A stretch of DNA of 64,000 bases. Source: Bryobacterales bacterium (GTDB lineage: Bacteria > Acidobacteriota > Terriglobia > Bryobacterales > UBA6623). Of this stretch, positions 18,136 through 28,500 are shown piece after piece. The notes below the pieces were generated by a model that saw only the letters and a program-made list of their open reading frames with translations, was not told the DNA's origin and did no database searches. Position 1 is the stretch's first letter; the number at the start of each line of letters is the position of its first letter. The translations under genes and the position numbers were made by a program. Location of the stretch: positions 4,898,625 through 4,962,624 of the forward strand of contig CBDCOA010000003.1 in assembly GCA_965219585.1 (NCBI GenBank), given 5' to 3'.

Positions 18136-18298
18136 TTAGACCCGTGATTCAGCAGCCCAGCGACATGCGCGCACCGCCGGACCGCGGTCCATCGAGCGCC
18201 CGCAACCGCTCTTTCCCGACTGTCTCAGGTAGCTGTTAGGGTGAGAGATGGCGTGGGCCTCTCTGGAACCCCGCTAGGTCCGCGAGCTTAGTTCAGCG

Positions 18299-20326
18299 AT
18301 GGCAACCCACTTGATAGAAGTCGCAGAGGGTATCGTCCCCTCCGAAGTGCTTCGGGAGCTATACGAGAAAATGCTCCAGTGCTACTACGTCGAGGAGCGC
18401 GCCAAGGTCTTCCTGAAGCAGGGCAGGCTGGCCTTCTATGCCTCGACTCGCGGGCACGAGCAGGTTCAGGTCGGCGTGCCGATGCTGATGCGCCCGGGCC
18501 ACGACTGGTTCTACACCTACTACCGCGAGAAGAGCGTGGCCGTCACGCTCGGAATGCCCTACAAGGACATCTTCCTAGGCCTGCTCAGCCGTGACGGGGA
18601 TCCCAATTCCGGGGGTGTCAACATGCCCGAGCAGTGGTCTTCCCGCGATCTCAGGCTCGTGGCGCAGAGCGCCGCCACCGGCACCCAGTACCTGCCGGCC
18701 CTCGGCGCTGCCCGCGCCATGCGCTACGACGGCTCCGACGCGATCGTCTATGCGTCCTCTGGCGAGGGTGCCACCAGCGAGGGAGAGTTCTTCGAGTCGC
18801 TCAACTGGGCCGCGCGCGAGCGCCTGCCGGTGCTGTTTGTCGTGCAGAACAACGGCTACGCCATCAGCGTGCCGCAGAAGTACCAGACGGCTTCCAAGAT
18901 CCACAGGATCGCCGAGGGCTTCGGCCTGCCCGCCTACGAGCTGGACGGCACGGGCACCTTCGACGAGATCTACCGGCTCGTGCCCGGCCTGATCCGCGAT
19001 ATCCGAGCCGGCAACGGGCCGGCGCTGATCGAGTTCAACGTGGTCCGCTTGGACAATCACTCCTCGTCCGACGACCAGCGCAGGTACCGCAGCGAGTCCG
19101 AGATCCAGTCGGCCGTCTCGCGCGATCCGGTGCTGCAGGCCGAGCGTCAGGTGTTGGACGCCGGCATCATGACCCCGGCCGAGATCACGGACTTGCGCGC
19201 CAGCATCAAGGCGGAGGTCGACCAGGCTGCGGAGGAGGCAAGCGGCCATCCGCATCCGCAGAACTACGACGTCACGCAGCACGTGTTCTCGGATCAATTG
19301 CCCGTGACCGAGGAATCGCAGCCGAACTTCACAGGGTCCAAGGTGTCGATGGTCCAGGCCATCAATTCCGCGCTGCGCGAGGAGATGTCGCGCAACCCCA
19401 AGATCGTCATGTGGGGCGAGGATATCGAAGACCCGAAGGGCGGGGTGTTCGGCGTGACCAAGGGCCTGGCCGACGAATTCGGCCAGGACCGCTGCGTGAA
19501 CGCTGCCCTGGCCGAGGCTTCGATCTTGGGTATTGCCGGTGGCATGGGCACGGCGGGCTACATGCCGATCGTGGAGATCCAGTTCGGAGACTACATCTGG
19601 CCGGCATTCATGCAGATGCGCGACGAGATCGCGCCGATGCGCTGGCGCAGCGCCGGCGCTTGGGGCTGCCCGATGGTCTGCCGTGTCGCCGTGGGCGGTC
19701 ACATCAAGGGCGGCCCGTGGCACTCGGCCAACATCGAGGGCTTCTTCGCCAACATTCCGGGCTGGTACATCGCCTACCCTTGCTCCGCCCAGGATGCCAA
19801 GGGCCTGCTCAAGACGGCCGCGCGGATGCAGGACCCGGTCCTGTTCCTCGAGCACAAGGGCCTCTACCGGGCCATGCCCGCGCGGACCCCGGAGCCGGAC
19901 GAGAACTATCTGATCCCGTTCGGCAAGGCTTCGACGAGGCGCTCCGGCACCGACCTTACAGTCGTCACCTGGGGCTACACGGTGCACCAGGCCGAGGCGG
20001 CCGCCAATGCCTTGGCCGAAGAGGGCGCGGGCTCGGTCGAAGTGATCGACTTGCGCACCATCGTCCCGTGGGACAAGCAGGCGGTGTTCGACAGCGTCCG
20101 GCGCACCAACCGCGTCTTGGTGGCCCACGAGGACAGCCTCACCATGGGATTCGGGGCCGAGGTTGCCGCCGAGATCTCGCAGCATTGCTTCGACCGCCTC
20201 GACGCTCCTGTCGCCCGCATCGGGGCACAGGATTGCTTCGTACCGTCGGCGGTCAATCTCGAGCGCGAGACCCTGCCCTCGCAGGAATCCGTCAAGCTCG
20301 CAATGTCTCGGCTGCTAAAGTACTAG
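18299..20326 (+). CDS. thiamine-diphosphate-dependent 2-oxoacid dehydrogenase E1 component, fused alpha/beta subunits
   Basis: 675 aa. The N-half is E1-alpha-like (YASSGEGATSEGEFFESLNWAARERLPVLFVVQNNGYAIS). The C-half is E1-beta-like (IVMWGEDIEDPKGGVFGVTKGL...RCVNAALAEASILG...EIQFGDYIWPAF). Confidence 0.8.
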   Translation: MATHLIEVAEGIVPSEVLRELYEKMLQCYYVEERAKVFLKQGRLAFYASTRGHEQVQVGVPMLMRPGHDWFYTYYREKSVAVTLGMPYKDIFLGLLSRDGDPNSGGVNMPEQWSSRDLRLVAQSAATGTQYLPALGAARAMRYDGSDAIVYASSGEGATSEGEFFESLNWAARERLPVLFVVQNNGYAISVPQKYQTASKIHRIAEGFGLPAYELDGTGTFDEIYRLVPGLIRDIRAGNGPALIEFNVVRLDNHSSSDDQRRYRSESEIQSAVSRDPVLQAERQVLDAGIMTPAEITDLRASIKAEVDQAAEEASGHPHPQNYDVTQHVFSDQLPVTEESQPNFTGSKVSMVQAINSALREEMSRNPKIVMWGEDIEDPKGGVFGVTKGLADEFGQDRCVNAALAEASILGIAGGMGTAGYMPIVEIQFGDYIWPAFMQMRDEIAPMRWRSAGAWGCPMVCRVAVGGHIKGGPWHSANIEGFFANIPGWYIAYPCSAQDAKGLLKTAARMQDPVLFLEHKGLYRAMPARTPEPDENYLIPFGKASTRRSGTDLTVVTWGYTVHQAEAAANALAEEGAGSVEVIDLRTIVPWDKQAVFDSVRRTNRVLVAHEDSLTMGFGAEVAAEISQHCFDRLDAPVARIGAQDCFVPSAVNLERETLPSQESVKLAMSRLLKY

Positions 20327-20332
20327 GCCCGC

Positions 20333-20845
20333 ATGCTACCGCGCGGACAGCGCGCTGCGCCTCGGCCCGGCCTCCCGGGCTTGGCGCCGCTGGCAATCCT
20401 TGCCTTGGCCCTGTGGGCCGCTTGCGGCGGGCCGCCGCAAGCGGCCCCGGGCGGCTCGGAGCCGGCGCAGCTTCCGACCACGCAGGTCACTCTGCCTGAC
20501 GGGGCCCTGATCGAAGCCGAGCTGGCGATTTCGTCTGAAGAGCAGGCGCGCGGGCTGATGTTCCGCGCCGAGCTGCCTCCGGATCGCGGCATGCTGTTCG
20601 TCGGCAGCCGCTCGACCCAGCGTTCGTTCTGGATGTACCAGTGCCTGATCCCGCTGGACATCATCTGGATGGACGGCGCGCACCGCATTGTCGAGATCGT
20701 CCGCTCGGCGCCGCCTTGCGCCTCGACGAATCCGGGCGGTTGCCCCAGTTATGGAGGCAACGCCAACTCGGTCTACGTCCTGGAACTGGCTGCTGGCCAG
20801 TCCGACGCTCACGGGCTGAGTATTGGCGATCGGCTAGACTTCTAG
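20333..20845 (+). CDS. DUF192 domain protein, probable lipoprotein/secreted
   Basis: 170 aa. Signal with LAILALALWAACGG. The DUF192-like core is ARGLMFR..LPPDRGMLFV......FWMYQCLIPLDIIWMD...IVEI. Confidence 0.65.
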   Translation: MLPRGQRAAPRPGLPGLAPLAILALALWAACGGPPQAAPGGSEPAQLPTTQVTLPDGALIEAELAISSEEQARGLMFRAELPPDRGMLFVGSRSTQRSFWMYQCLIPLDIIWMDGAHRIVEIVRSAPPCASTNPGGCPSYGGNANSVYVLELAAGQSDAHGLSIGDRLDF

Positions 20846-20916
20846 ACGTAACCCTACTGGCAGGGATTCCGCCATCCTTTGTCAGGGGTTGGTGCGTCCG
20901 CTCGCCCCCGCAGACT

Positions 20917-22200
20917 ATGTCCAAGAAGCGCCTCATCGCCATCGTGTTCGGCATCGCGATCGTCTACCTGGTGGGCAGCAGGGTGTACGAGGCCAACCAG
21001 CTGGCGAACGCTCCGGCCAAGAAGAAGGCCGCAGGCCGCGTGGTCAACGTCGACGTGACCCAGGCCCGCATCGGCTCCATCCGCGAGGAGCTGCTGCTGA
21101 CGGGCTCGCTGAAGCCGAAAGAGACCGTCGATATCAACCCGAAGATCACCGGCCGCATCGAGAAGATCAACTTCTTGGTCGGCGACTGGATGGCGCAGGG
21201 CGCGGTTGTCGCAGAAATCGAAGTCGACGAGCTGGCGCAGCAGGTCAGGCGCTCGGAAGCGTCCTATTCGGTGAGCGAGGCCAACATTTCCGCCCGCAAG
21301 GCCGAGCTGGCCCGTGCCAAGGCGGACCTTGACCGCGCCAAGCTGCTGTTCGACGAAGATCTGCTCTCGCCCCAGGAATTCCAGCAGTCCCAGACTTCTC
21401 TGGAGGTGCTGGAGGCCCAGGTCGAACTCGCCGAGGCCCAGCTCGAACAATCCACCGCGGAACTGACCGAGCTGCGCATCCGACTTGAGCAGGCCAAGAT
21501 CTACGCGCCCATGAGCGGCTTGGTCTCGGCCCGCTACGTAGACCCGGGCGCGCTCGTGACCCCGGGCAGCCCGATCATCCAGATCGTGAACCTTTCGACG
21601 ATGGTCACGCGCGGCAACGTGCCCGAGCGGAACATCGACAAGCTGGCCGTCGGCAACACGGCGGCCGTGCACGTGGACGCTATCCCTGGGCAACAGTTCG
21701 AGGGACGCATCGCGCGCATCGCGCCGGTGCTTGACGCGGCCACCCGCAGCGCCATCATCGAGATCGACATCCGCAATCCCGAAGCCGTGCTCAAGGCCGA
21801 GATGTTCGCGCGCATCACTCTGGACTTGGGCTCGACCCGCGAGGCCACACTGATCCCGCGCGACGGCTTGGTCTATCGCGGCCAGCAGCCCGGCGTCTAC
21901 GTGGTCCCGGACGAGCAGGACCGGCCGGTCTTTCGCGTCATTGAGACGGGGCTCACGCGCGAGGGGCAGATCGAGGTCCTGGCGAACCTGGACGCTGGCA
22001 CGCGCATCGTCGGCCGCGGGGCGACCATGCTGCGGGATGGCGACCGCATTAGCACCGGCCCGGGCGGCGGCCGCGGTGGTGCTGGCCCAGGCGGTGGCGC
22101 TGATGCAGGCGGTGGCCGCGGTGGTGCTGGCGGGGGTGGCGGCGGCCCCGGCGGTGGTGCCGGCGCGGCCCAGAAGGCTGCCACCAAGAGCGCCAGCTAG
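20917..22200 (+). CDS. efflux RND transporter periplasmic adaptor (MFP) with Gly-rich C-terminal tail
   Basis: ATG 20917 lies within ORF 20641..22200. N-terminal anchor MSKKRLIAIVFGIAIVYLVG. Has a coiled-coil hairpin region (AELARAKADLDRAKLLFDEDLLSPQEF...) and beta-barrel motifs (IYAPMSGLVSARYVDPGALV). The tail is GPGGGRGGAGPGGGADAGGGRGGAGGGGGGPGGG. Confidence 0.85.
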   Translation: MSKKRLIAIVFGIAIVYLVGSRVYEANQLANAPAKKKAAGRVVNVDVTQARIGSIREELLLTGSLKPKETVDINPKITGRIEKINFLVGDWMAQGAVVAEIEVDELAQQVRRSEASYSVSEANISARKAELARAKADLDRAKLLFDEDLLSPQEFQQSQTSLEVLEAQVELAEAQLEQSTAELTELRIRLEQAKIYAPMSGLVSARYVDPGALVTPGSPIIQIVNLSTMVTRGNVPERNIDKLAVGNTAAVHVDAIPGQQFEGRIARIAPVLDAATRSAIIEIDIRNPEAVLKAEMFARITLDLGSTREATLIPRDGLVYRGQQPGVYVVPDEQDRPVFRVIETGLTREGQIEVLANLDAGTRIVGRGATMLRDGDRISTGPGGGRGGAGPGGGADAGGGRGGAGGGGGGPGGGAGAAQKAATKSAS

Positions 22201-22207
22201 GCGTTTT

Positions 22208-22229
22208 CCCGGCCAGCCGGGCGATTTTT
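22208..22229 (+). terminator. weak intrinsic-terminator-like hairpin between adaptor and first RND gene
   Basis: CCCGG-ccag-CCGGG is followed by CGATTTTT, 8 nt after the adaptor stop codon. The stem is short (5 bp). Confidence 0.3.
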
Positions 22230-22308
22230 CTCGGCGCAAACCCCGGTTGCGGCGGGACTTGCTCGGGCTCGCGAGCTTGGAGCGAGCTAAGATTGGGCAG
22301 GGTGAGTT

Positions 22309-25300
22309 GTGAACTTTAGTCTCTCGACCGCATCCATCCACCGCCCCGTAACCGTCTTGATGGCGTGCTTGGTCGCCATCCTGCTGGGGGCGGTTGCGTT
22401 CGTCAACATCCCCGTCGACTTGATGCCGGAGATCGTCTACCCGACGATCAGCGTCAGGGCCGAGTACGCCGGCGTGGCCCCCGAAGAGATGGAGACGCTG
22501 GTGGTGCGCCCGCTGGAGGAGGCCTTCTCATCGGCCCCGCACGTGGAGCGCATCTCCAGTTCCGTGTACGAGGGACTGTGCTACGTTCGCGTCGGTTTCG
22601 ACTACGGGGTCGACATCGACGAAGCGGCCAATGAGCTGCGCACTCGCCTGGACCGCAGGCGCCGCTACTTGCCGGAGGACATGGATCCGCCGAGCATGTA
22701 CAAGTACGATTCCTCGCAGTATCCCATCATGTACCTAGCGGTTTCGGCCCGCGAGATGGGGCCGAAGGACCTGCGGCACTACGTCGAAAAACAGATCCAG
22801 CCGCGCCTCGAGCGAGTTCCCGGGATCGCCGCGTTCACGGTGCGCGGAGGGCTGCGCCGCGAGATCCACGTCGACCTGGATCTGAAGAAGCTGCGGGCGC
22901 TCGACCTGTCCATCCCGCACGTGGTCCAGATCTTGCGCCAGGAGAACATGAACCGCCCGGTCGGCCCGGTCGACGAGGGCCGCTTCGAAGTGCTGCTCCG
23001 CACGCGCGGCGAATTCCAGAGCTTGGAGGAGATTCGCGACGTCGTGTTGACCACGCGCAATAACGTGCCCGTGCATGTGCGGGACATCGCCACGGTTCAC
23101 GACAGTCACGAGGACATCGACTATCTGGTGAGCGTGGACGGCGAGCCCGGCGTGCGCATGTACGTCTACAAGCAGGCCGGGGCGAACACGGTCGAGGTCT
23201 CGGACGCCTTGTGGGTCGAGGTGGATCGCATCCACGAGGCCTTCCCCAATATCCGCATCGAGAAGACCCGCGACAGCGCCGACTTCATTCGCGCCTCGAT
23301 CGCCAACGTGCGCGGCGCCATGCTGCAGGGCGCCGGACTCGCGGTCGTGGTGCTGCTGTTCTTTCTGCGCAGCGTGTCGAGCACCCTGATCATCGGCATC
23401 GCGATCCCGATTTCAGTCATCGCCACGTTCGCGCTGATGTTCTTCAACGGGTTCACGCTCAACACCGTCTCGTTCGGCGGGCTGGCGCTGGGCGTCGGCA
23501 TGCTGGTCGACAACGCGATCGTGGTGCTGGAGAACGTCTACCGCCACCGCGAGGGAGGCAAGGCTCCGCTGGATGCGGCGGTCGAAGGCAGCCGCGAGGT
23601 CTCGATGGCGATTACCGCCTCCACGCTGACGACTGTGGCGGTCTTCGTGCCGGTGCTGTTCGTCGGGGGCATCGCCGCTCAGACCTTCAAGCAGCTCGCG
23701 TACGTGGTCAGCTTCGCGCTGCTGTGCTCGCTGGCGGTCGCGCTGATGGTGGTTCCGGGCTTGTGTGCGAAGTTGGCCAGCCGCCGCGGGCCGGGCGCGC
23801 AGGTCACCCAGATCAGCGATATGGCGCGCACCTGGCAGCGCAACATGGCCGCCGCATACGGCGGATCGCTGCAGTGGTCGCTCAACCACAAGGCCCCGGT
23901 AGTCGTGGTGGCGGCGCTGCTGTTCGCCGTGGCGGTCTACTTGATGCCGTATCTCGGCGTCGAATTGCAGCCGGAAGTTGATGAGGGCGAGGTCCGTGTC
24001 AGCGTCGAGCTCGAGCCCGGCACGCGGGTCGAGGTCACCGACAGCGTGATGCAGCACCTGCGCGCGGTCGCGATGGAGACCGCGCCGGAAATCACCACGG
24101 CCATGGTGACGGCCGGCGGGAGCTCCCGCAGCAGCGGATCGGGCGCCCATCTCGGCGAATTGCGCCTCAATCTCGTTCCAAAGACCGAGCGCAGCCGGTC
24201 GGCCCGCGATGTGGCCAACGAGCTGCGCGGGGCCTTGCAGATCCAGCCGGGCATGCTGGTCAGGACGCGCGTCTCGGGCGGCATGTTCAGGAGCCGGGGC
24301 AGCGATTCCGACGACGACCGCCTTTCGGTGGAGATCCGCGGGCACAACATGGACACGGCGGCCCAGCTGGCCGAGACGATCCGCGAGACCATGGAGCGCA
24401 CCCCGGGAATCGCCGAGCCTACGATCAGCCAGCGCCCCGGCATGCCGGAAATGCTGGTCGAGGTCGACCGCATGCGCGCTTCCAACATGGGCCTCAACGT
24501 GTCCGAGATCGCCCTCACGCTGGAAACGGCGATCGGCGGCGCTCGCAGTTCGATGTACCGCAAGGAGGGCGACGAGTACAACATCCTAGTGCGCCTGCGG
24601 CAGGAGGATCGCCTGGATCTTGACAACGTGGGGCGCATCCCCCTGACCACCCCGCTCGGTACGACCATCACGGCCGGAAGCGTGATCGAACTCCGGCGGC
24701 AGGAAGGCCCGACCTACATCAGCAGGGTGAACCAAGAGCGGCGGATGTTCGTCTCCGGAGCGCTGGCGGACCGGGACCTGGGCAGCATCGTCAACGATCT
24801 GGCGACCGAGTTCCGGGGGATGGCAATGCCCGAGGGGTTCTCGATCGAGTACGGCGGCGAGTACGAGGAACAGCAGGAGACCTTCCGCAACCTGTTCTTC
24901 GCGTCCATTCTGGCCCTGGTCTTGGTGTACATGGTGATGGCGGCGCAGTTCGAATCGCTCAAGGACCCCTTCCTGATCCTGTTTTCCGTGCCGCTGGCGG
25001 CCATCGGTGTCGTGCTGGTGCTCCTGCTCACCGAGACAACCTTCAACCAGCAGGCGTTCCTGGGCTTGATCGTGCTGCTCGGCATCGTGGTCAACAACGC
25101 CATCGTGCTGGTGGACTACACCAACCTGCTGCGCCGCGAGCACGGCTTGGGCCTGTACCGGGCCGCGGTGACCGCCGGCATGCGGCGGATGCGGCCGATC
25201 CTGATGACGACCATCACAACCGTGCTGGGCCTGGCTCCGATGGCGCTAGGGCTGGGCGAGGGTTCGGAATTGCAAGCTCCGATGGCGCGCGTGGTGATCG

Positions 25301-25434
25301 GCGGGCTGGCGACGTCCACGGTGATCACGCTGGTATTCATTCCGGTGATGTATGTCGCCTTCGAGGAACTGTTCTACCGGGGGCGGGTCGCTCAGCCGAC
25401 CATGCGCGCAGCCGAGTCCGTTGCGGGCGACTGA
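22309..25434 (+). CDS. efflux RND transporter permease subunit (AcrB/MdtB-like), paralog 1
   Basis: 1041 aa with a GTG start. N-terminus SIHRPVTVLMACLVAILLGAVAFVNIPVDLMPE. Twelve-TM RND layout with conserved GMLVDNAIVVLENV and VVNNAIVLVDY. Confidence 0.9.
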   Translation: MNFSLSTASIHRPVTVLMACLVAILLGAVAFVNIPVDLMPEIVYPTISVRAEYAGVAPEEMETLVVRPLEEAFSSAPHVERISSSVYEGLCYVRVGFDYGVDIDEAANELRTRLDRRRRYLPEDMDPPSMYKYDSSQYPIMYLAVSAREMGPKDLRHYVEKQIQPRLERVPGIAAFTVRGGLRREIHVDLDLKKLRALDLSIPHVVQILRQENMNRPVGPVDEGRFEVLLRTRGEFQSLEEIRDVVLTTRNNVPVHVRDIATVHDSHEDIDYLVSVDGEPGVRMYVYKQAGANTVEVSDALWVEVDRIHEAFPNIRIEKTRDSADFIRASIANVRGAMLQGAGLAVVVLLFFLRSVSSTLIIGIAIPISVIATFALMFFNGFTLNTVSFGGLALGVGMLVDNAIVVLENVYRHREGGKAPLDAAVEGSREVSMAITASTLTTVAVFVPVLFVGGIAAQTFKQLAYVVSFALLCSLAVALMVVPGLCAKLASRRGPGAQVTQISDMARTWQRNMAAAYGGSLQWSLNHKAPVVVVAALLFAVAVYLMPYLGVELQPEVDEGEVRVSVELEPGTRVEVTDSVMQHLRAVAMETAPEITTAMVTAGGSSRSSGSGAHLGELRLNLVPKTERSRSARDVANELRGALQIQPGMLVRTRVSGGMFRSRGSDSDDDRLSVEIRGHNMDTAAQLAETIRETMERTPGIAEPTISQRPGMPEMLVEVDRMRASNMGLNVSEIALTLETAIGGARSSMYRKEGDEYNILVRLRQEDRLDLDNVGRIPLTTPLGTTITAGSVIELRRQEGPTYISRVNQERRMFVSGALADRDLGSIVNDLATEFRGMAMPEGFSIEYGGEYEEQQETFRNLFFASILALVLVYMVMAAQFESLKDPFLILFSVPLAAIGVVLVLLLTETTFNQQAFLGLIVLLGIVVNNAIVLVDYTNLLRREHGLGLYRAAVTAGMRRMRPILMTTITTVLGLAPMALGLGEGSELQAPMARVVIGGLATSTVITLVFIPVMYVAFEELFYRGRVAQPTMRAAESVAGD

Positions 25435-25554
25435 TTCGTTCGCCCGTAACCCGATGCCACCAAAGCCGCGCCATATACATAGTTGGAGACACCGGCTGTC
25501 CCGTGGCGCGCCCCGGGGGGTGCGGGTTGCGGCTAGCCTCGCGAGGTGTGACGA

Positions 25555-28500
25555 ATGAGCCTTCCTGAGTTTTCGATCAAGCGACCGGTCACGGTGCTGA
25601 TGGCGGTGATGGTCTGCCTCCTGCTCGGCTTCATCGCATTCACCGAGATCCCGGTGGATCTGATGCCGGAGGTCAACTATCCGACCCTGAGCGTCACCAC
25701 CGACTACGAGGGCGTGGGTCCCGAGGAGATCGAGACGCTCATCAGTCGTCCCCTCGAGCAGATTGTCTCAGCGGCCCCTGGCGTCGAGCGCGTCACCTCG
25801 ACTTCCAGCGAAGGCCGCTCCTCGGTGCGCATCGAGTTCGTCTTCGGCACGGACATCGAAGTTGCGGCGGACGAGGTGCGCTCGCGCTTGGACCGGGGGC
25901 GCCGCACGCTGCCGGACGACATCGAGCCGCCCACGATCTTCAAGTTCGATGTGACCCAGTTCCCGATCATGTTTCTCACGGTGGCCACCGACGAGATGGA
26001 CCCGCGCGAGCTGCGGATGTTCACCGAGAAGAACATCCTGTATCGCTTCGAGCGCATCAAGGGCGTCGGCCAGGTGCGCGTCGGCGGCGGCCTGCGCCGC
26101 GAGATTCACATCGACCTGAACCTGGAAAAGCTACGCGCCCTCGATCTGTCGGTGGCGCAAGTGGTCAATACGGTGCGGGACGAGAACCTCAACCGCCCGG
26201 TGGGCCCGGTCAAGGAGGGCCGCTTCGACGTCCTGCTGCGCACCAGCGGCGAATTCAACAACGTCAACCAGCTGCTCGATGTGGCCTTGGCTTCCCGCGC
26301 CGGTGTCCCCGTGTATGTGCGCGACATCGCGGAGGTCGACGACTCGCACCCGGACATCCGCCACTACGTGGGCGTGAACGGCTCTCAGGCGCTCCGCCTG
26401 ATCATGTTCAAGCAGTCCGGTTCCAACACGGTCAAGGTCTCTGAGGGGATTTGGGAAGAAATCGCCGAGATTCATCGCGACTATCCGCACATCAGGATCG
26501 ACAAGACCATGGACACCGCGGATTTCATCAACGCCGCGATCCGCAATGTCGAGGCCGCCGCCGCCGTGGGCGCGGTGCTCGCGGTGTTCGTGCTGCTGCT
26601 GTTCCTGCGCAGCCTGTCCAGCACCTTGATCATCGGTGCGGCGATACCGATTTCGGTTGTCTCGACCTTTGCCCTGATGTACTTCAACGGCTTCACCCTC
26701 AACATCGTCTCCTTCGGCGGGCTGGCCCTAGGCGTGGGCATGCTCGTCGACAACGCGATCGTGGTGTTGGAGAACATCTACCGCCATCGCGAGGAGGGCA
26801 CCGAGTCGCGGCAGGCCGCGCTCGTCGGCAGCCGCGAGGTGGGCATGGCGATCACGGCATCCACGCTGACCACGATCGCCGTCTTCGTGCCGGTAATGTT
26901 CATCGGCGGCTACGCTGCGCAGACCTTCCAGCAACTGGCGTATGTGGTCAGCTTTTCGCTGCTGTGCTCGCTGGTCGTGGCGCTGACGGTCGTGCCCGCC
27001 CTGTGCTCGCGGCGCACGGGCACCGCTAGCGGCGGCGGGATCCGCATCCTGCGCTACGCCGAGCAGGTCATGGTCGCGCTGTCTCGGAACTATTCCGAGA
27101 TTATCCGCTGGTCGCTGGCAAACCGCCTGGTGGTGACGGGATTGGCCGCTGGGCTGTTTGTTTGCGCGATCTGGCTGACCGGCTATGTCGGCGTCGAACT
27201 GGAACCGCAGGTCGACGAGGGCCAGATCCGCATCAACCTGGAATCCGAGCCCGGAACGCGAGCGGAGGTGACGAAGGAGATCGTCGATCAAATGGAGGCG
27301 ATCATCATGCGCGACGTCCCCGAGATCGAATACATCATGACCGAGGCCGGCAGCGACAGCCCCTTCCGCTCGATCGCCACCCACATCGGCGAACTGCGCA
27401 TCACCTTGGTCGACCAGAGCCAGCGCGACCGCACGGCCCGCGAGATCACCAACATGCTCAGGCCCAAGCTGATGGCCGTGGCGCCGGGCGTGCAGCTGCG
27501 CACGCGCATTTCCAGCGGCAACTTCGGACGGCGGCGCGGCGGCGGCGATGGTGCCGACGACCGCCTGCAGGTCACGATTCGCGGCTACGACCCGGACACT
27601 ACCGCTAACCTCGCCCTGCAGGTGCGCGACGCCATGCTGTCGGTCGACGGCGTGGAGGAGGCACAGATCAGCCGCCGGCCCGGCACTCCCGAGATGCTGG
27701 TCCGCGTCGACAGGCTCAAGGCTGCCAGCGTGGGCATGTCGGTAGCGGAGGTCGCAGCTACTCTCGAGACCGCCGTGGGCGGGCGCCGCTCGACCTTCTA
27801 TCGCGAGCAGGGCGACGAGTACGACATCGTGGTGCGCCTGCGCGAGGAGGACCGCCTGCAACTCGACCAGGTTGGGCGCATCCCTCTGCGCACGCCGCAA
27901 GGGAATCTCATCTACGCCAACGACGTCGTTCGCCTGAATCGCCAGGAGGGCCCGGTCGAGATCAACCGCGTCGACCAGGAGCGCATCGTCTATGTCTCGG
28001 GCACGATCGGTGATCGCAACTTGGGCGCCATCATTGCGGACTTGCGCGGCGAGGTCGCCCAGATCAACCGGCCCGACGGCTACGAGATCCGCTTCGGCGG
28101 CGAGTGGGAGGACCAGCAGGAGTCCTTCCGGGAGCTGACGTTCGCGGGCATCCTGGCGCTGCTGCTGGTCTACATGGTCATGGCGGCGCAGTTCGAGTCG
28201 CTGCGCGACCCGTTCATCATCTTGTTCTCGATCCCGCTGGCGGCCATTGGCGTTGTCACCATGCTCGTGATCACGGAGACCACCTTCAACATGCAGGGGT
28301 TCCTCGGCGTGATTGTGCTGGTGGGCATTGTCGTCAACAACGCGATCGTGCTCATCGACTACACGAACCAACTGCGCCGCGACCACGGGTACGGCATCAT
28401 GGATTCCGTCATCACGGCCGGCGGCCGCCGGCTGCGGCCGATCATGATGACCACGATCACGACCATCCTGGGCCTCACGCCGATGGCGCTCGGCCTGGGC

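Noticed and set aside
22063-22131. Near-identical 24-mers GGCGG(C/T)GGCCGCGGTGGTGCTGGC at 22063-22086 and 22108-22131 (45-bp period), considered as a tandem or CRISPR-like repeat
   Set aside because: There are only two copies. They sit inside the adaptor CDS, where they encode the Gly-rich tail (GGRGGAG twice). This is low-complexity coding repetition, not a repeat array.
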